This document shows, piece by piece, positions 1 to 13,175 of a stretch of DNA of 64,000 bases (positions are counted from its first letter, which is position 1; every line of letters begins with the position of its first letter). The DNA comes from Ginglymostoma cirratum (lineage: Eukaryota). The notes below the pieces were generated by a model. That model was given only the letters and a program-made list of their open reading frames with translations, did no database searches and was not told the origin of the DNA. Location: positions 11,838,427-11,902,426 of the forward strand of contig JAHRHZ010000058.1 in assembly GCA_024137785.1 (NCBI GenBank), read 5' to 3'. The translations under genes and the position numbers were made by a program.

Positions 1-519
1 ACATACAATATCTATATAATTATCAGTATGAATAGCTAAGCAGTTGTTAACTGGAACCATACAAGATTGAAAACACAAACTTGTTTTTACATTTTTTGGT
101 TCAATTTTTTTTTAAAACAGAAAATAAATTTCACTTTTTCCAGATGAAATATGATTCAGAATCACAAACCAGATCTAGACTGCACATTTATTATTTGTGT
201 ACTGTTTACAAAAAGATGGATTGAGGCCTTTCTTCTAGAAAGGAATGGCCCAAATGTTAAATATTCAAGATTGGAATACAATTTTAAAATTAGATAGATG
301 CAAAAATGCTTATGAACATACAAATCTCCAAGTTGAGAACAAGAGGCGGCCATTTGGCCCCTTGAGCCTACTCTGCTATTTAGTAGTCTGATTCTTGGGG
401 ATGTGCGATAATGTAAACTTAAGGTTACAACCTTCCACTCCCTTGATTATCACTTCTACCTCCCTCAAAAACTGATGAAGAGCACAGCGTTCTGATCCTC
501 AGAGAATATTTTAACTCAC

Positions 520-822
520 CTCTCTCTTAAGTGTTACCCCTTGTTTTCTTTGGATTTCTTTGGACTTTGGATTTATTACAGTACAAAGAGATGCAAAAAT
601 TCAAATACTTTTTCCTACAAATCGATAAAACAAAGTAATAATCTTTCTTAAAATGTAAATAAAAATGTTTATCGGTGCATAGGAATCTAACGGAGTATAA
701 GTAATTATTTTCTTCCAACTGGTTGTGTATTTTCCAGATGAGCTTTTGTAAGTATATCACTTGTAAATTTTAAAAAGCAGCTGCTCAAACAGAGTCTTGC
801 ATTGTGCTCCTCACCACCCTCA
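520..822 (-). other. Candidate non-coding (5'-UTR) exon of the unidentified minus-strand gene
   Basis: Minus-strand donor GAG|GTGAGT (plus actcac 514-519). Possible acceptor ctaacgtcagattttcag| at 823-824, or the exon starts at a TSS near 850. No long ATG ORF runs to the donor. Confidence 0.4.
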
Positions 823-2719
823 CTGAAAATCTGACGTTAGTTTGCAGCGACAGACGTGTATCTGGGATCAGGTTGTGTCTGATCACTGATCTCCACGGGG
901 CCTTGAAATGCTAACGGCATGTGTCATGGGAATGGCCAGTGACCTGTGCCAAATTGAAGAGACTGTCTTAACCAGTCAGTCTAGAGGGCGAATGTGTGTG
1001 AAATGGAGCATCTCCTCCTGGGTCATAAGGCACAGCACAGCTCAGATTTTCTGACCCAAATTTTCTGCTCTGACGGAAGACAAGATTAGATTTATTCCCA
1101 GCAGAGGGAAAAAAAAAGATTCATTTTTAATTCTACCCCTAATTGCATCTGTGTACCTTCATGGGTCAACATCATATTTACTTGTATTTAATTATTCAGA
1201 GCTTTGGTCATTTCTTTCATTCATTCTCTGCATCACAACCACAGTTGCACTAGCTCCAACACAAATAATGTTTTTTTTTGCCCTCCCTTTCCGCTCAACC
1301 AGTTAAATGTTTCCCTGAAAAAAAATGAAGTTTTCTTTCTTATATTTCCCTTTTTTTTTGCTGGGAGGAAACGCCAGATTTGATAATGGCCCATTCCAGA
1401 ACATGTCAAGAATATTCTAGAAATAAGTTGAGGCCGATGTGGTGTTGCAGGGAACAGCTGGTCCTGCCAGTTATTGTGCTTCGTGGGGCTCCTCAGTGTA
1501 GTTCAGCTCAAAGCAAGTTGGAAAACCCACCCAGTGAGGCAAAAGGGATTCAAACATCACTGAATCAGTGACATCAACAGTTGGACCTTTCTGGTTTGGA
1601 GTCAATTCTCTCTTACCAAAAATGCTGGCCCAGTTTCATATTAAATGTTTTTTAATCTTGAGACTGCCAACGTTTAATTCTTTTTATGAAAAAAAAAGTA
1701 CATTCAATACCACATTCCTTTGGGAACATTGTGACTGATGTATTTCCATGAGAACACCCCACATAAAAGAAGCTTGAAGCTGTATTAACAAGGCACATTC
1801 CACCCACAGTCAAGAAAGCTAGTTTTGTGCTGCTTAATGTGGTCGTGCTATTTTAGGATTATGCAGTCCAGCAGCCAGGAGGGTCGTTTGAGTTAATATG
1901 TTCCATATTGCAATGTGATTATTTTTAAACGCTCTGTTCGGATTCAAGCAACTCTGCTTCACTTTAGCGTTGAGAAGGCTCTGATTGAGGTGGGAACGTT
2001 TTGCTACTACAAGGGAAAATATCCAATGTTCCCAGGCTGTTGCATACTTACTGTAACAGTTTGCAGCCAAAAGGACATGTGCTAAACATTTGCCAGCAAA
2101 ACAGATGTGAACTCAGTTAGCCCCATAGACGGTTATCTTTGGTTACATGTTTTTATCCTTTCATTTCTGATAATTGAATTAAAACTGTCTTCTCATCAAT
2201 ATAAACTCAAACCAATACAGCAGGAATTCCATGGTGTACCTGAGACAAAACATATTTACCGAGCTTACGTCACAAACTCTAACTTCACTTGGCTCTCATT
2301 GGGAATGGGATTTTTTCCAGTGTGTGTTTCTCCAAAATTTCTTGTAGCATGAATCTTTAACTACATTCTTCTCCGTAATTATTGTGAAAGCTGACATTCC
2401 TGTCATCTCAAGTCTTTAACTGAAAAGTGTTAATTTGTCATTTGCTGTGTACCTCGATGATTAAATCATGAAATTAATGTCCCCAATTTTCTTCCTCACC
2501 AACCTCTCAAGGGGTTTTGTTTCCAGCCTGTAATGGTTCTTAGCATTGTTTTCTTTCGGACTCTGCTTATTTAGACAGTACTGAAATTTCAGGTCATTAC
2601 AGCCCAGTCAGATCCTGATTCAGAAGTCCTGATGGTGCCAAAGGCTATTCCTGCATGTCCTACTACCATTCCAGTTAAGATCGGCAATTCAGCTCCGGAA
2701 GTCCTTCTCGTGCAACTTC

Positions 2720-3592
2720 CAGTCCCTACTATCTGGAAGGCAGTAGATGCATGGATACATCATTAATTGCACCTTCCCCTCCAAGTCACAAAGTATCCTG
2801 ACTTGGCATTACATCACTCTTTCGGTTTCGCAGGGTCAAAATCCTGGAACTCCCTTCCTAACTGTTGCTCCATATCACATGGTGTGTAACAGTTCAAAAA
2901 GGTGGCTCATTACCATCTTCTCACTGGTGATAGAGATGTACAGCATGGAAACAGAGGCTTTGGTACAATTTATCCATGTTGACCAGATATCCTAAATTAA
3001 TCTCATCCCATTTGCCAGCATTTGGCCCATATCTCTCCCAACCCTTCCTATTCATATACCCGTCCAGATGCCTTGTAAATGTTGTAATTGTACCAGCCTC
3101 CACCACTTCCTCTGGCAGCTCATTTCATACACGCACCACTCTCTGAAAATGTTGTCCCTTAGGTCTCTTAAATTTTTCCCCTCTGACCATAAACCTATGC
3201 CCTCCAGTGCTGCACTCCCCACCCCCCGGGAAAAGACCTATCCATGCCCCTCATGATTTTATAAACTTCTAAGGTCACCCCTCAGCCTCCAATGCTCCAG
3301 GAAAATAGCTCCAGTCTCTCCTTATAGCTCAAACCCTCCAACCGTAGCAACATCCTTGTCAATCTTTTCTGAACCCTTTCAAGTTTCACAACATCCTTCC
3401 TATAACAGGGAGACCAGAATTGCATGCAATAATTCAAAAGTGGCCTTACCAATGTCTTGTACAGCCGCAACATGACCTCCCAACTCCAATACCCAATGCC
3501 CTGACCAATAGGTAATTAGATGGGCAATAAAGATCCTGGTCAATATGCTGGCCTAGCTATTGATGCCCAGACCCCAAGAATAAATTTAAAAA
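2720..3592 (+). mobile_element. Degenerate 3' end of a shark LINE, interrupted by a CR1 fragment
   Basis: Motifs ttcccctccaagtcac...gggtcaaaatcctggaactccc...ccatcttctca, resuming after 3510 with gatgggcaataaa...atgctggcctagc...gatgcccagacccc and an A-rich end. The same family occurs in reverse at 12670-13575, 34800-34910 and 51495-51680. Confidence 0.6.
2926..3510 (-). mobile_element. CR1 LINE 3' fragment (ORF2 C-terminus and 3' UTR)
   Basis: Translates to MLRLYKTLVRPLLNYCMQFWSPCYRKDVVKLERVQKRLTRML and VEAGTITTFTRHLDGYMN, typical CR1 ORF2 C-terminal segments; homologous to 6331-6920. Confidence 0.9.
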
Positions 3593-6410
3593 CAAACATT
3601 TCAGGTTCAATTCCAAATCCCAACAGATCTATTTTCTTTCTCTCTGCATTTTTGTCATGTAACGTGATATATAGATGACTAATTGGGAGAAGGGGCTGTT
3701 GGATAATATTAAATGAACATGTTCAATCTAGAATGCAACATCAAAGAGAAAGTAGATCTGTATGGAACTGTACCTACCAGTTTTCCAATGCATTAAAAGA
3801 GAACACAAGGTTTCAATCCATGTTCCAATGCTACAACATGGTAACTATATTTAACTGTGGCCAAGTGCAATAAAGTGTTTGAACGCTGAACCAAAATATT
3901 GATTCTTTCTCCTACTCATCATTCATACCACAGAAGTGGTCATTCTGCTCTATTCATAAACTAGCAATTTTCTCTTGAAACCAGTTAGGTGAACATTCCC
4001 CCCACTCAGGCACCTCATTTGACCACAGTCACCGCCCAAAGGGCTACACACCCATCTCTAGAACGTATCGCATTACATCAGTCATTTCAAAAATCTTATC
4101 AAGTTTCAGCAAGTTTGTAACAGAAAAATCTTTTGTGATGTTGGGAAAGCTTTCACTATAAATTTTTAAAATGCAATAAAGATATCAATAGAAAATATTC
4201 AGTAATTGCAAGTTAGCTTCACCTAATTAAATGGTTACTGAGTTAACAGATGCACAGAGGCACTCATGAGCTCACTGTTAGCTGCTAACTGAACTTAGTT
4301 GTTCATTTTTATCAGCTGAATGGTGTACAGGATCCATTAAAAAGCACAATATTGTATGTTAAAGAAGATTGAACAAACCTCCATTAAATGCGTATCGTTG
4401 TTGATGATACTGCTGTGATGGCCATAAGCACTTTAGTGTAGTAGCAGGAGTCTTTGCTGAGATACTATGTTGTAAAGTAAGCACACTGGGGATGTTAAAT
4501 GGGTTTCAGAAACGCTCGAATTACAGTACAGTGAAGTAGAAAGCTTTTATATACTGGCTGTGTAGGTGAATCATAAAGGATTGGTTAAAGATGAGTTGTT
4601 TCCATGGGGTGGAGGGGGAGGGGAGTGGGGTTGTGTCACTGGGCTCTGTAACAATGAAAACCAAAAATAAACTTGATATTTAAAAACAGGAACAATATTA
4701 CTTTGCCCTTAATTTAAAGAAAACACACGCACTTTATGCTCTTTGCATTTTACGAAGCTAGATTAAAAGATTACCTGACATACAGGTGGAAATAAATGCA
4801 ACAGTAACTTTCAAAATGGATTTGGATTAATATCCAAAAAAAGAAATAAATTGCAGGGACATGGGTGGGAAAAAGAAAATCAGGGCAGTGGCACTAACTG
4901 CAGAGTTAGCCTAAATAGGGAAGATGGCACAAATGGCCTCCTTCTGTGCTCCAGAATTTTGTCGGTTCTATATTTGCTCCAGTTTCTGGGACAGCATGAG
5001 TGTCGTAAATACTGAATTTGTAAAATGAGTAGGTTATACCTTCAAACGCTGGCACGTTTTGATACTTTCAGTAGCCACTTTGCATGCAGAAGCAGCAAAG
5101 TGAAAATGCAAACTAGCAAAGATCAGAAACTAGTCCAACTTAGAAGATTTTGTTTTGGCTCTGAATTATTAACTAATATCAACTAATCTTTAATATTACA
5201 ATTTGCAATTTTAGCAGGGAATTCGTAACCATGTTGCAAATATTTATGACATAAAACTTTCCTTGTTCCGTATCTAACTCTACCAAAAAATACTAGTTCA
5301 ATAAGGTTCCTCTACACTTCAAGCATATTGTCATTGGTGAAGTTGCACGGGGAAGGAATGAGGGTTTAAATGTCAGAGGGAATGAATTAAGCGGAAGACT
5401 GCACAGCCTCATGGCTTTACAAGAGATAAATATGGTTTAATACTTGATTCTTAATCTTTGCTTCAAAATTTTGTTTGGTTTCTCTGCTGTACAATTTTTT
5501 TTTTAAAAGAAATTAATGGATTAAATTGATGACAGCTTTAAGCTAACTGTCAGCTTCCTTTCATCGTCCCTTGTATACTCCCATCCTGCAAGAATGTTTG
5601 GGTCATGATTATTTTAATTCAAGTATTAATGGTATCATACATTAAAACCTTTCAAAAATTACTGGACTGAAGGGTGGCTGAAATAAAAGCAGATCAAAAC
5701 ATTGTGAACTTAACCAACTTTAAACTGACTTGTTCAACACTAAGCAGATAGTGGAAAAAAGGTCTCCTTTTTTTTAAAGTGGTAGAAATTGCCCACTTGA
5801 CTCAAATATTCAGGGAATGGCACAGAAACACTTTAACAGAATAAAATGAGGTGTACTGACCAATTTTGCAAAGAAACATGAGTTCAAAGCAGAAAGAATT
5901 AGTTTCTGACTGAAGAGTAATTTCTGAAGTGGATTTACTGCCCATCATTAATTGCACTCTGGGCTTTCTCGCTCTCCAGCAGTCTGCTTCCTTTGATCTG
6001 AGAGATTAGACTAATTGCTGCTGTAAGATGTTGCAGAGCACGCTCAACACTGAACATCGAAATCTGTATTGAAATTAAACCTGTCAAACTGCATGATGAA
6101 ACTGGAACTCAAACTGAAGAGCGAGACAGCCGTTGAACCTTTTAATTGAGTATCATTGAAATGTTACGTGATACAAGTATCTGACTTTGTGTGAATCGGT
6201 ATTTTCTCTGGAATACAGTGCTTACATGAGATCAAAGGAAGACTATTGGGAGGAGCAAATCTAAATGATGAACACTTCATCCTGTTGATGGTTCCTAAAT
6301 GTTTATTTGTTCATCTTCTGGAAGTGAACTTAGAACAAAGAACAAAGAAAATTACAGCACAGGAACAGGCCCTTCGGCCCTCCAAGCCTGTGCCGATCCA
6401 GATCCTCTAT

Positions 6411-9200
6411 CTAAGCCTGTCGCCTATTTTTCAAGGATCTGTATCCCTCTACTCCCTGCCCATTCATGTATCTGTCTAGACACATCTTAAATGACACTAT
6501 CGTGCCCACTTCTACCACCTCCGCTGGCAATGCGTTCCAGGCACCCACCACCCTCTGCGTAAAGAGCTTTCCGCGCGTATCTCCCTTAAACTTTTCCCCT
6601 CTCACCTTGAAATCGTGACCCCTAGTAATTGTTGCTATCCACCCTGTCTATACCTCTCATGATTTTGTAGACCTCAATCAGGTCCCCCTTCAACCTCTGT
6701 CTTTCTAATGTAAATAATCCTAATCTACTCAACCTCTCTTCATAGCTAGCGCCCTTCATACCAGGCAACATCCTGGTGAACCTCCTCTGCACGCTCTCCA
6801 AAGCATCCACATCCTTTTGGTAATGTGGCGACCAGAACTGTACACAGTATTCCAAATGTGGTCGAACCAAAGTCCTATGCAACTGTAACATGACCTGCCA
6901 ACTCTTGTACTCAATACCCCGTCCGATGAATGAAAGCATGCCGTATGCCTTCTTGACCACTCTATCCACCTGTGTTGCCATGTTCAGGGTACAATGGACC
7001 TGAACACCCAGATCTCTCTGTGCATCAATTTTCCCCAGGGCTTTTCCATTTACCGTATAGTTCGCTCTTGAATTGGATCTTCCAAAATGCATCACCTCGC
7101 ATTTGCCTGGATTGAACTCCATCTGCCATGTCTCCACCCAACTCTCCAATCTATCTATATTCTGCTGCATTCTCCGACAGTCCCCTTCACTATCTGCTAC
7201 TCCACCAATCTTAGTGTCATCTGCAAACTTGCTAACCAGACCATCTATAACTTCCTCTAGATCATTTATGTATATCACAAACAACAGTGGTCCCAACACG
7301 GATCCTTGTGGAACACCATGGGTCACAGTTCTCCATTTTGAGAAACTCCCTTCCACTACAACTCTGTCTCCTGTTGCCCAGCCAGTTCTCTACCCATCTA
7401 GCTACTACACCCTGGACCCCATGCGATTTCACTTTCTCCGTCAGCCTACCATGGGAAACCTTATCAAACGCTTACTGAAGTCCATGTATATGACACCTAC
7501 AGCCCTTACCTCATCTATCAATTCTGTCACTTCCTCAGAGAATTCTGTCAAGTTGGTAAGGCATGACCTTCCCTGCACAAAACTATGCTGCCTATCACTA
7601 ATAAGCCCATTTTCTTCCAAATGTAAATTGATCCTATCCCTCAGTATCTTCTCCAGCAGCTTCCCCACCACTGACGTCAGGCTCACCTGTCTATAATTAC
7701 CTGGATTATCCTTGCTACCCTTCTTAAACAAGGGTAAAACATTAGCAATTCTCCAGTCCTCCGGGACCTCACCCATGCTCAAGGATGCTGCAAAGATATC
7801 TGTTAAGGCCCCAGCTATTTCCTCTGTCACTTCCCTCAATAACCTGGGATAGATCCCAACTGGACCTGGGGACTTGTCCACCCTAATGCCTTTTAGAATA
7901 CCCAACACTTCCCCCCTCCTTATGCCGACGTGACCTAGAGTAATCAAATATTTATCCCTAACCTCAACATCCGTCATGTCCCTCTCCTCGATGAATACCG
8001 ACGCAAAGTATTCATTAAGAATCTCACTCATTTTCTGACTCCTCGCATAACTTCCCTCCTTTGTCCTTGAGTGGGCCAACCCTTTCTCTAATTACCCTCT
8101 TGCTCCTTATGTATGAATAAAAGGCTTTGGGATTTTTCTTCACCCTGTTTGCTAAAGATATTTCATCACCCCTTTTAGCCCTCTTAATCCCTCGTTTCAG
8201 ATTGGTCCTACTTCCCCGATATTCTTCCAAAGCTTTGTCTGTTTTCCGTCACCTAGATCTTACGTATGCTTCCTTTTTCCTCTTTGCTAGTCTCACAATT
8301 TCACCTGTCATCCATGGTTCCCTAATCTTGCCCTTTCTATCCCTCATTTTCACAGGGACATGTCTGTCCTGCACTCTAATCAACCTCTCTTTAAAAGCCT
8401 CCCACATATCAAGTGTGGATTTACCCTCAAACAGCTGCTCCCAATCCACATTCCCCAGCTCCTGTCAAATTTTGCTATAGTTGGCCTTCCCCCAATTTAG
8501 CACTCTTCCTTTAGGACCACTCTCGTCTTTGTCCATCAGTATTCTAAAACTTATGGAATTGTGATGACCATTCCCAAAGGAATCCCTACTGAAACTTCAA
8601 TCACCTGGCCGAGCTCATTCCCCAACACTAGGTCCAGTATGGCCCCTTCCCGAGTTGGACTATTTACATAATGCTCCATAAAACCCTCCTGGATGCTCCT
8701 TAAAAATTCTGCTCCTTCTAAACCCCTAACACTAAGTGAATCCCAGTCAATGTTGGGAAAATTAAAATCTCCCATCACCACCCCCACCCTGTTGCTCCTA
8801 CATCTTTCCATAATCTGTTTACATATTTGTACTTCTATCTCACGCTCGCTGTTGGGAGGCCTGTAGTACAGCCCCAACATTGTTACCGCACCGTTCCTAT
8901 TTGAGCTCTGCCCATATTGCCTCACTGCTCGAGTCCTCCATAGTGCCCTCCTTCAGCACAGCTGTGATATCCTTTTTGACCAGTAATGCAACTCCTCCAC
9001 CCCTTTTACCTCCTTCTCTATCCCGCCTGAAGCATCTATATCCTGGGATATCTAGTTGCTAATCTTGCCCTTCCCTCAACCAAGTCTCAGTAATAGCAAT
9101 AACATCATACTTCCAGGTACTAATCCAAGCCCTAAGTTCATCTGCCTTACCTACTACACTTCTCGCAGTAAAACAAATGCACCTCCGACCATCTGTCCCT
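6411..9200 (-). pseudogene. CR1 ORF2 (APE endonuclease and reverse transcriptase), disrupted
   Basis: ORF pieces 9059-9337, 8551-8925, 8249-8449, 8024-8230, 7441-8079, 6622-7356 and 6411-6605 are collinear parts of one CR1 ORF2, broken by frameshifts and stops. Confidence 0.9.
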
Positions 9201-9344
9201 TTGCGTTCATCATCTGATCTCTGCCTACTCTTCCCCTTAGTCACACTGGCATCATTATCTAGTTCCTTACAGGCTTTACTTACTACCTCCTTACTGTCCA
9301 TTAACCACCTCATTTGGTTCCCATCCCCCTGCCACATTAGTTTA

Positions 9345-9695
9345 AACCCTCCCCAACAGCATTAGCAAAAGCACCCACTAGGACATTGGTTCCAGTCCTG
9401 CCCAGGTGTAGACCGTCTGATTTGTAATAGTCCCACCTTCCCCAGAACCGGTCGCAATGTCCCAAAAATCTGAACCCCTCCCTCCTGTGCCATCTCTCAA
9501 GCTACTCATTTATCCTGCCTATTCTTTCATTTCTACTCTGACTAGCATGTGGCACTGGTAGCAATCTTGAGATTGCTACTTCTGAGGTCCTACTTTTTAA
9601 ACATGGCTCCTAACTCCCTAAATTCTGCTTGTAAGACCTCATCCCGTTTATTACCTATATCATTGGTGCCTATATGCACCACAACAGCTGGCTGT
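9345..9695 (-). pseudogene. CR1 ORF1 C-terminal SGNH/GDSL esterase-like domain, disrupted
   Basis: My translation: QPAVVVHIGTNDIGNKRDEVLQAEFRELG.../SRTSEVAISRLLPVP...WGRWDYYKSDGLHLGRTGTNVL. It contains the GxND (block III) and DxxH (block V) SGNH motifs. Confidence 0.8.
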
Positions 9696-10073
9696 CATAC
9701 ACAGAATCATACATTGAATCATACACAGAATCCCTACATGTGGAAACAGGCCATTTGGCCGAACAAGTCCACACTGCCCCTCCCAACCAGCACCCACCCA
9801 AACACATCCCCCTATTGATTCAATGTAACCCAGCATTTCACATGTCCCATCCACATAGTCTACACATCCCTGGACACTATGGGACAATTTAGCAAAGCCA
9901 ATCCACCCTAACCTGCACATCTTTGGACTGTGGGAGGAAACCCAGAGCACCTGGTGGAAACCCACGCAGATACAAGGAGAATGTGCAAATTCCACACAGA
10001 CAATCATCCACACATGGAATCAAACCCAGGTCCCTGGCGCTGTGAGGCAGCAGTGCTAACCACTGTGCCGCCC
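9696..10073 (-). mobile_element. HE1-type tRNA-derived V-SINE
   Basis: Minus-strand head GGGCGGCACAGTGGTTAGCACTGCTGCCTCACAGCGCCAGGGACCTGGGTTTGATT (A/B boxes), V-domain core TCCCACAGTCCAAAGATGTGCAGGTTAGG, and a tandem 12-nt tail repeat. Confidence 0.9.
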
Positions 10074-13000
10074 TTGCTTTTCATGTTGTTTAGAATTTGT
10101 TTCAATAGACAAGACAGTCACACCTGATGGATCATTTCTCTCAGTATTCCAAGAGTATGAGACAATGCATGCTTTGTAAAGGAATATAAAGTTTTTTTTA
10201 TTGTGAAAGGCATTTTTGGCTTAAATTTGAATCTTTGTTCTTCTTAAAATGACTCTTCATGCATCTTTTCTCCTAATTTTCTTTATTTAAATTCATGGTA
10301 CATTATAAGGCTTCGTGATGGGACTTGTGTCATTACATCTAATTATTTTGGGGTGATAAGAGGAAAGAAGAGGAGGAGGGGATGGTCCAAAGACCGGATG
10401 ACTACCACCTTAATTCTAAAACAAGTCTGCCGCCATTACACCTTGTACTGGGTCCACTTTGGCCTTGTAATACTTTGACACCAAAGGGGAAAAATTACCA
10501 AGGTACTCTGATAAACAAAAACGTTCCCTTACAGCCTACAAGATGAGAGTAGGCTTTGGCTTAGCAGCAGAAATGTCAGTAATTGTATTTGTTGCCTCTG
10601 ATTTTTGTATGAATATTGGAATGCAATTCTTACAGTACGGCATTTGGCTCGAAATAAAAGTCACAATTATGTGGATATGTATCAGTATTTAAAAATACGT
10701 TAACTGCAGCAAAGTACCAAAATGAACAACGTAACTGTGATAAAGTCACCTCATACAACAAAATGTCAAATCCGGCTTATTAACATTGCAGAGTTCCTCA
10801 TTACTTCTTGCCTTCACCACTGGTGGTGCATCTATATCTCAGCATCCAAAAGACAATTCAGCAAGAGGACTTCTTTTGCATTCTCCATTCGGAGTAGTGA
10901 AAACACAGAAGTGTACTGAGTCTGTGGGTGGTTTGAATGTGGGCTTGTGTCCATTGTGGGCCATAGCTTAACAGCGCTGCAACCTTGTTTCAGCTCAGAC
11001 TCTTCACGGCCAGTGAAAAGAGAACACAACCTCCTGGTTGTCATTCTAGACTAGATTCTAGAAAATAAGCAGCACCAGTGATTCACACATCACATTGTTG
11101 AAATATTACTGAATGAAGAATAAGCAGAGCAGTTAAATGTATAACCTCCAACGTAAGACCAAAATCTGTGAAGTAAAAATAGCACTGGTTCTGATTTCAC
11201 TTCTTTAGAAAATTGCATCTAAAACACATATCTGCTGTGTACTGCAGTTAATACTAATTCTACACTACACTGGTAGTATTTTCTGTAATTCTTCCTCTTG
11301 ACTCTTCAGATAGGAAGGCTTTATAAGCTCCAATGCACCAAATAATATGAATTCAAGTTTAGATCTCCAGGTAACTCAGCATACAGAACCAAAAACCACA
11401 ACTAATTTGCACAAACCAACTAATCCATCTAGTATGTTTCTCCATGCATTAGTTGCTGTCATAGCTTGTCTGGTTTGCAGAGTGATTGGAAATGGAAACA
11501 GAACTAAATACGTATTGAAGGGTAGATCAACACCATCAGTACTTATGATTAAATAACAAAATCTCAAAGTATCTTTGTGAAGGCATAAAATAAGTTAGTG
11601 AAAGGAATGTAAGGAAATGCTGGTAGAATGAAATGAAGTGATGGAGGCTAGTAATTGCACTGAATGGCTTGTGTCTGTGCTTTAAATTCTCCATAATATT
11701 CAAAGAGAAAAACTGTTTGGATTGTCAAATGAGAAACTCAGTGCTTCAAAGACCAATCATGCCATGTTGTCTCTATAGTGAGATGAAAATTTGAAACATG
11801 TTTAAAATCCTGTTTGAAGTCAGTTTTCCTTACTGCAATCTAAAAATTACTCTGAGACATCAGGAGTAGAACTCCAGCTGTTGTACAATATCGAAGACTG
11901 TATTGTTTTTTCCCTTCCTTCATCAGTCAACAAAAAAAAAATAAAAGAAACAGTGTAAGCAACAGTAGCTGATTACTATCTACAGGCCTGTAATCTTAGT
12001 GGAGCCATCTAGACTGATGCAAGCTTTCCAAAGTTAAAATTGTCAGTCTTAGATCCTCCCATATGTTCCCCTGTTTAGGATGGTGGAGCAGACAAACTTG
12101 GCCTCTAATGCTCCAACCCTGAGTCCAGAACATCAATCTACTGCCTTGTATATCACATGTGTTTTTGCCACTGGGTCAATTCTTTCCAAACGGTAACTAC
12201 GGCAGCAGTGTAACTTTTACTTATCTCCACCCCATATGGGTTTCCACACACATTTGCTCACTCCTCTCCCTCCAGTTGGAAAAACCTCTTTGGACTCCAA
12301 TGCGTCAAATGAGGCTATTTCTCATCCAGTGATGGGTCAAAGCTCTGACATGAAAACATGGTAAAATAATCACCTTCAATACTTATTAGTGAATTCTGTG
12401 CTTCATTCTATGATGCAAACTGTGTGTGTACATTCCAACTATAATTATAGCTGCCTTACCATCTAAATCTCTGTAAATAATTTGAAATCATATACACAGA
12501 CTCAAAAGCAATGGGATAGGTATCTTCAAAGCTTTTAATTATGTGTTCTTTCTCCTTTGATCCCTTCTGCTGCAGTTTTTCCAGCTGTTTCCCAGGATGA
12601 TGGACCAGTGAAGCATTTTCTCATACTTGGAATACAAAGGTAATAGATGATGTATGAAGGAGTTACTTCTTTTATTTCACAGGATATGGGCAATGTTGAC
12701 TATTCCTAGCTAAAGGTGGTGGTCAGATGACCTTAACTCAGGCTGTTCGTGTGGTGTAGGGTCATCCACAGAGCTTTCGGGGAGGGAGTTCCTGAATTTA
12801 GATCTAGTGATTGTAAAGGGACTGTTATATGGTTTCATGTCAGAATAGGGCATCCTTTGGAGGGAATCTTGCAGGATGTGGTGTTCACAACATCTGCTAC
12901 CCTTGCCCTTGTGATTGCTAAGAGTCATGGGTTGGCAAGTACAGTTAGAGGAGCCTGGTTGAGTTGCTCCAGTGCGTTTTGTAGCTGGTACACTGCTGGC

Positions 13001-13130
13001 ACTGTTTGTCATGAAGGATCTCAGTGTTGAAGGTGGTGGATTGTCTGTCAATTAAACAGACTCTCTTTTTACAAAAACAAAGTTGCTGGAAAAGCCCAGC
13101 AGGTCTGGCAGCATCCGTGAAAGAAAAAAC

Positions 13131-13170
13131 AGAGTTAATGTTTCGGATCGGGTGACCCTTCCTCAGAACT
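13131..13170 (-). ncRNA. Minimal type I hammerhead ribozyme motif (slightly decayed)
   Basis: Minus strand: AGTT-CTGAGGA-A-GGGTC-ACCC-GATCC-GAAA-CATT-AACT. The CUGANGA and GAAA cores, stem II and stem I (AGTT/AACT) are present; ACGT in stem III has decayed to ACAT. Confidence 0.65.
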
Positions 13171-13175
13171 TCCTC

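Larger units (their letters stand above)
6331..9695 (-). mobile_element. 5'-truncated CR1-clade LINE (ORF1 C-terminus and ORF2), frameshifted and inactive
   Basis: RT motifs GVPQGSVLGPLLF and FADD; endonuclease motifs AITETWL, YYRPP, MGDFNFPNIDW, PTREGAILDLVL; short-repeat (AGAACAA)n tail at ~6331-6348 on plus; ORF1 esterase motifs at ~9350-9695. Confidence 0.95.

Noticed and set aside
472-505. CTGATGAAGAGC..., a hammerhead-like start
   Set aside because: No GAAA core or stem III follows, and there is no TSD or PLE body.
7073-8480. Plus-strand ORFs of 207 aa and 117 aa
   Set aside because: They are antisense shadows of CR1 ORF2.
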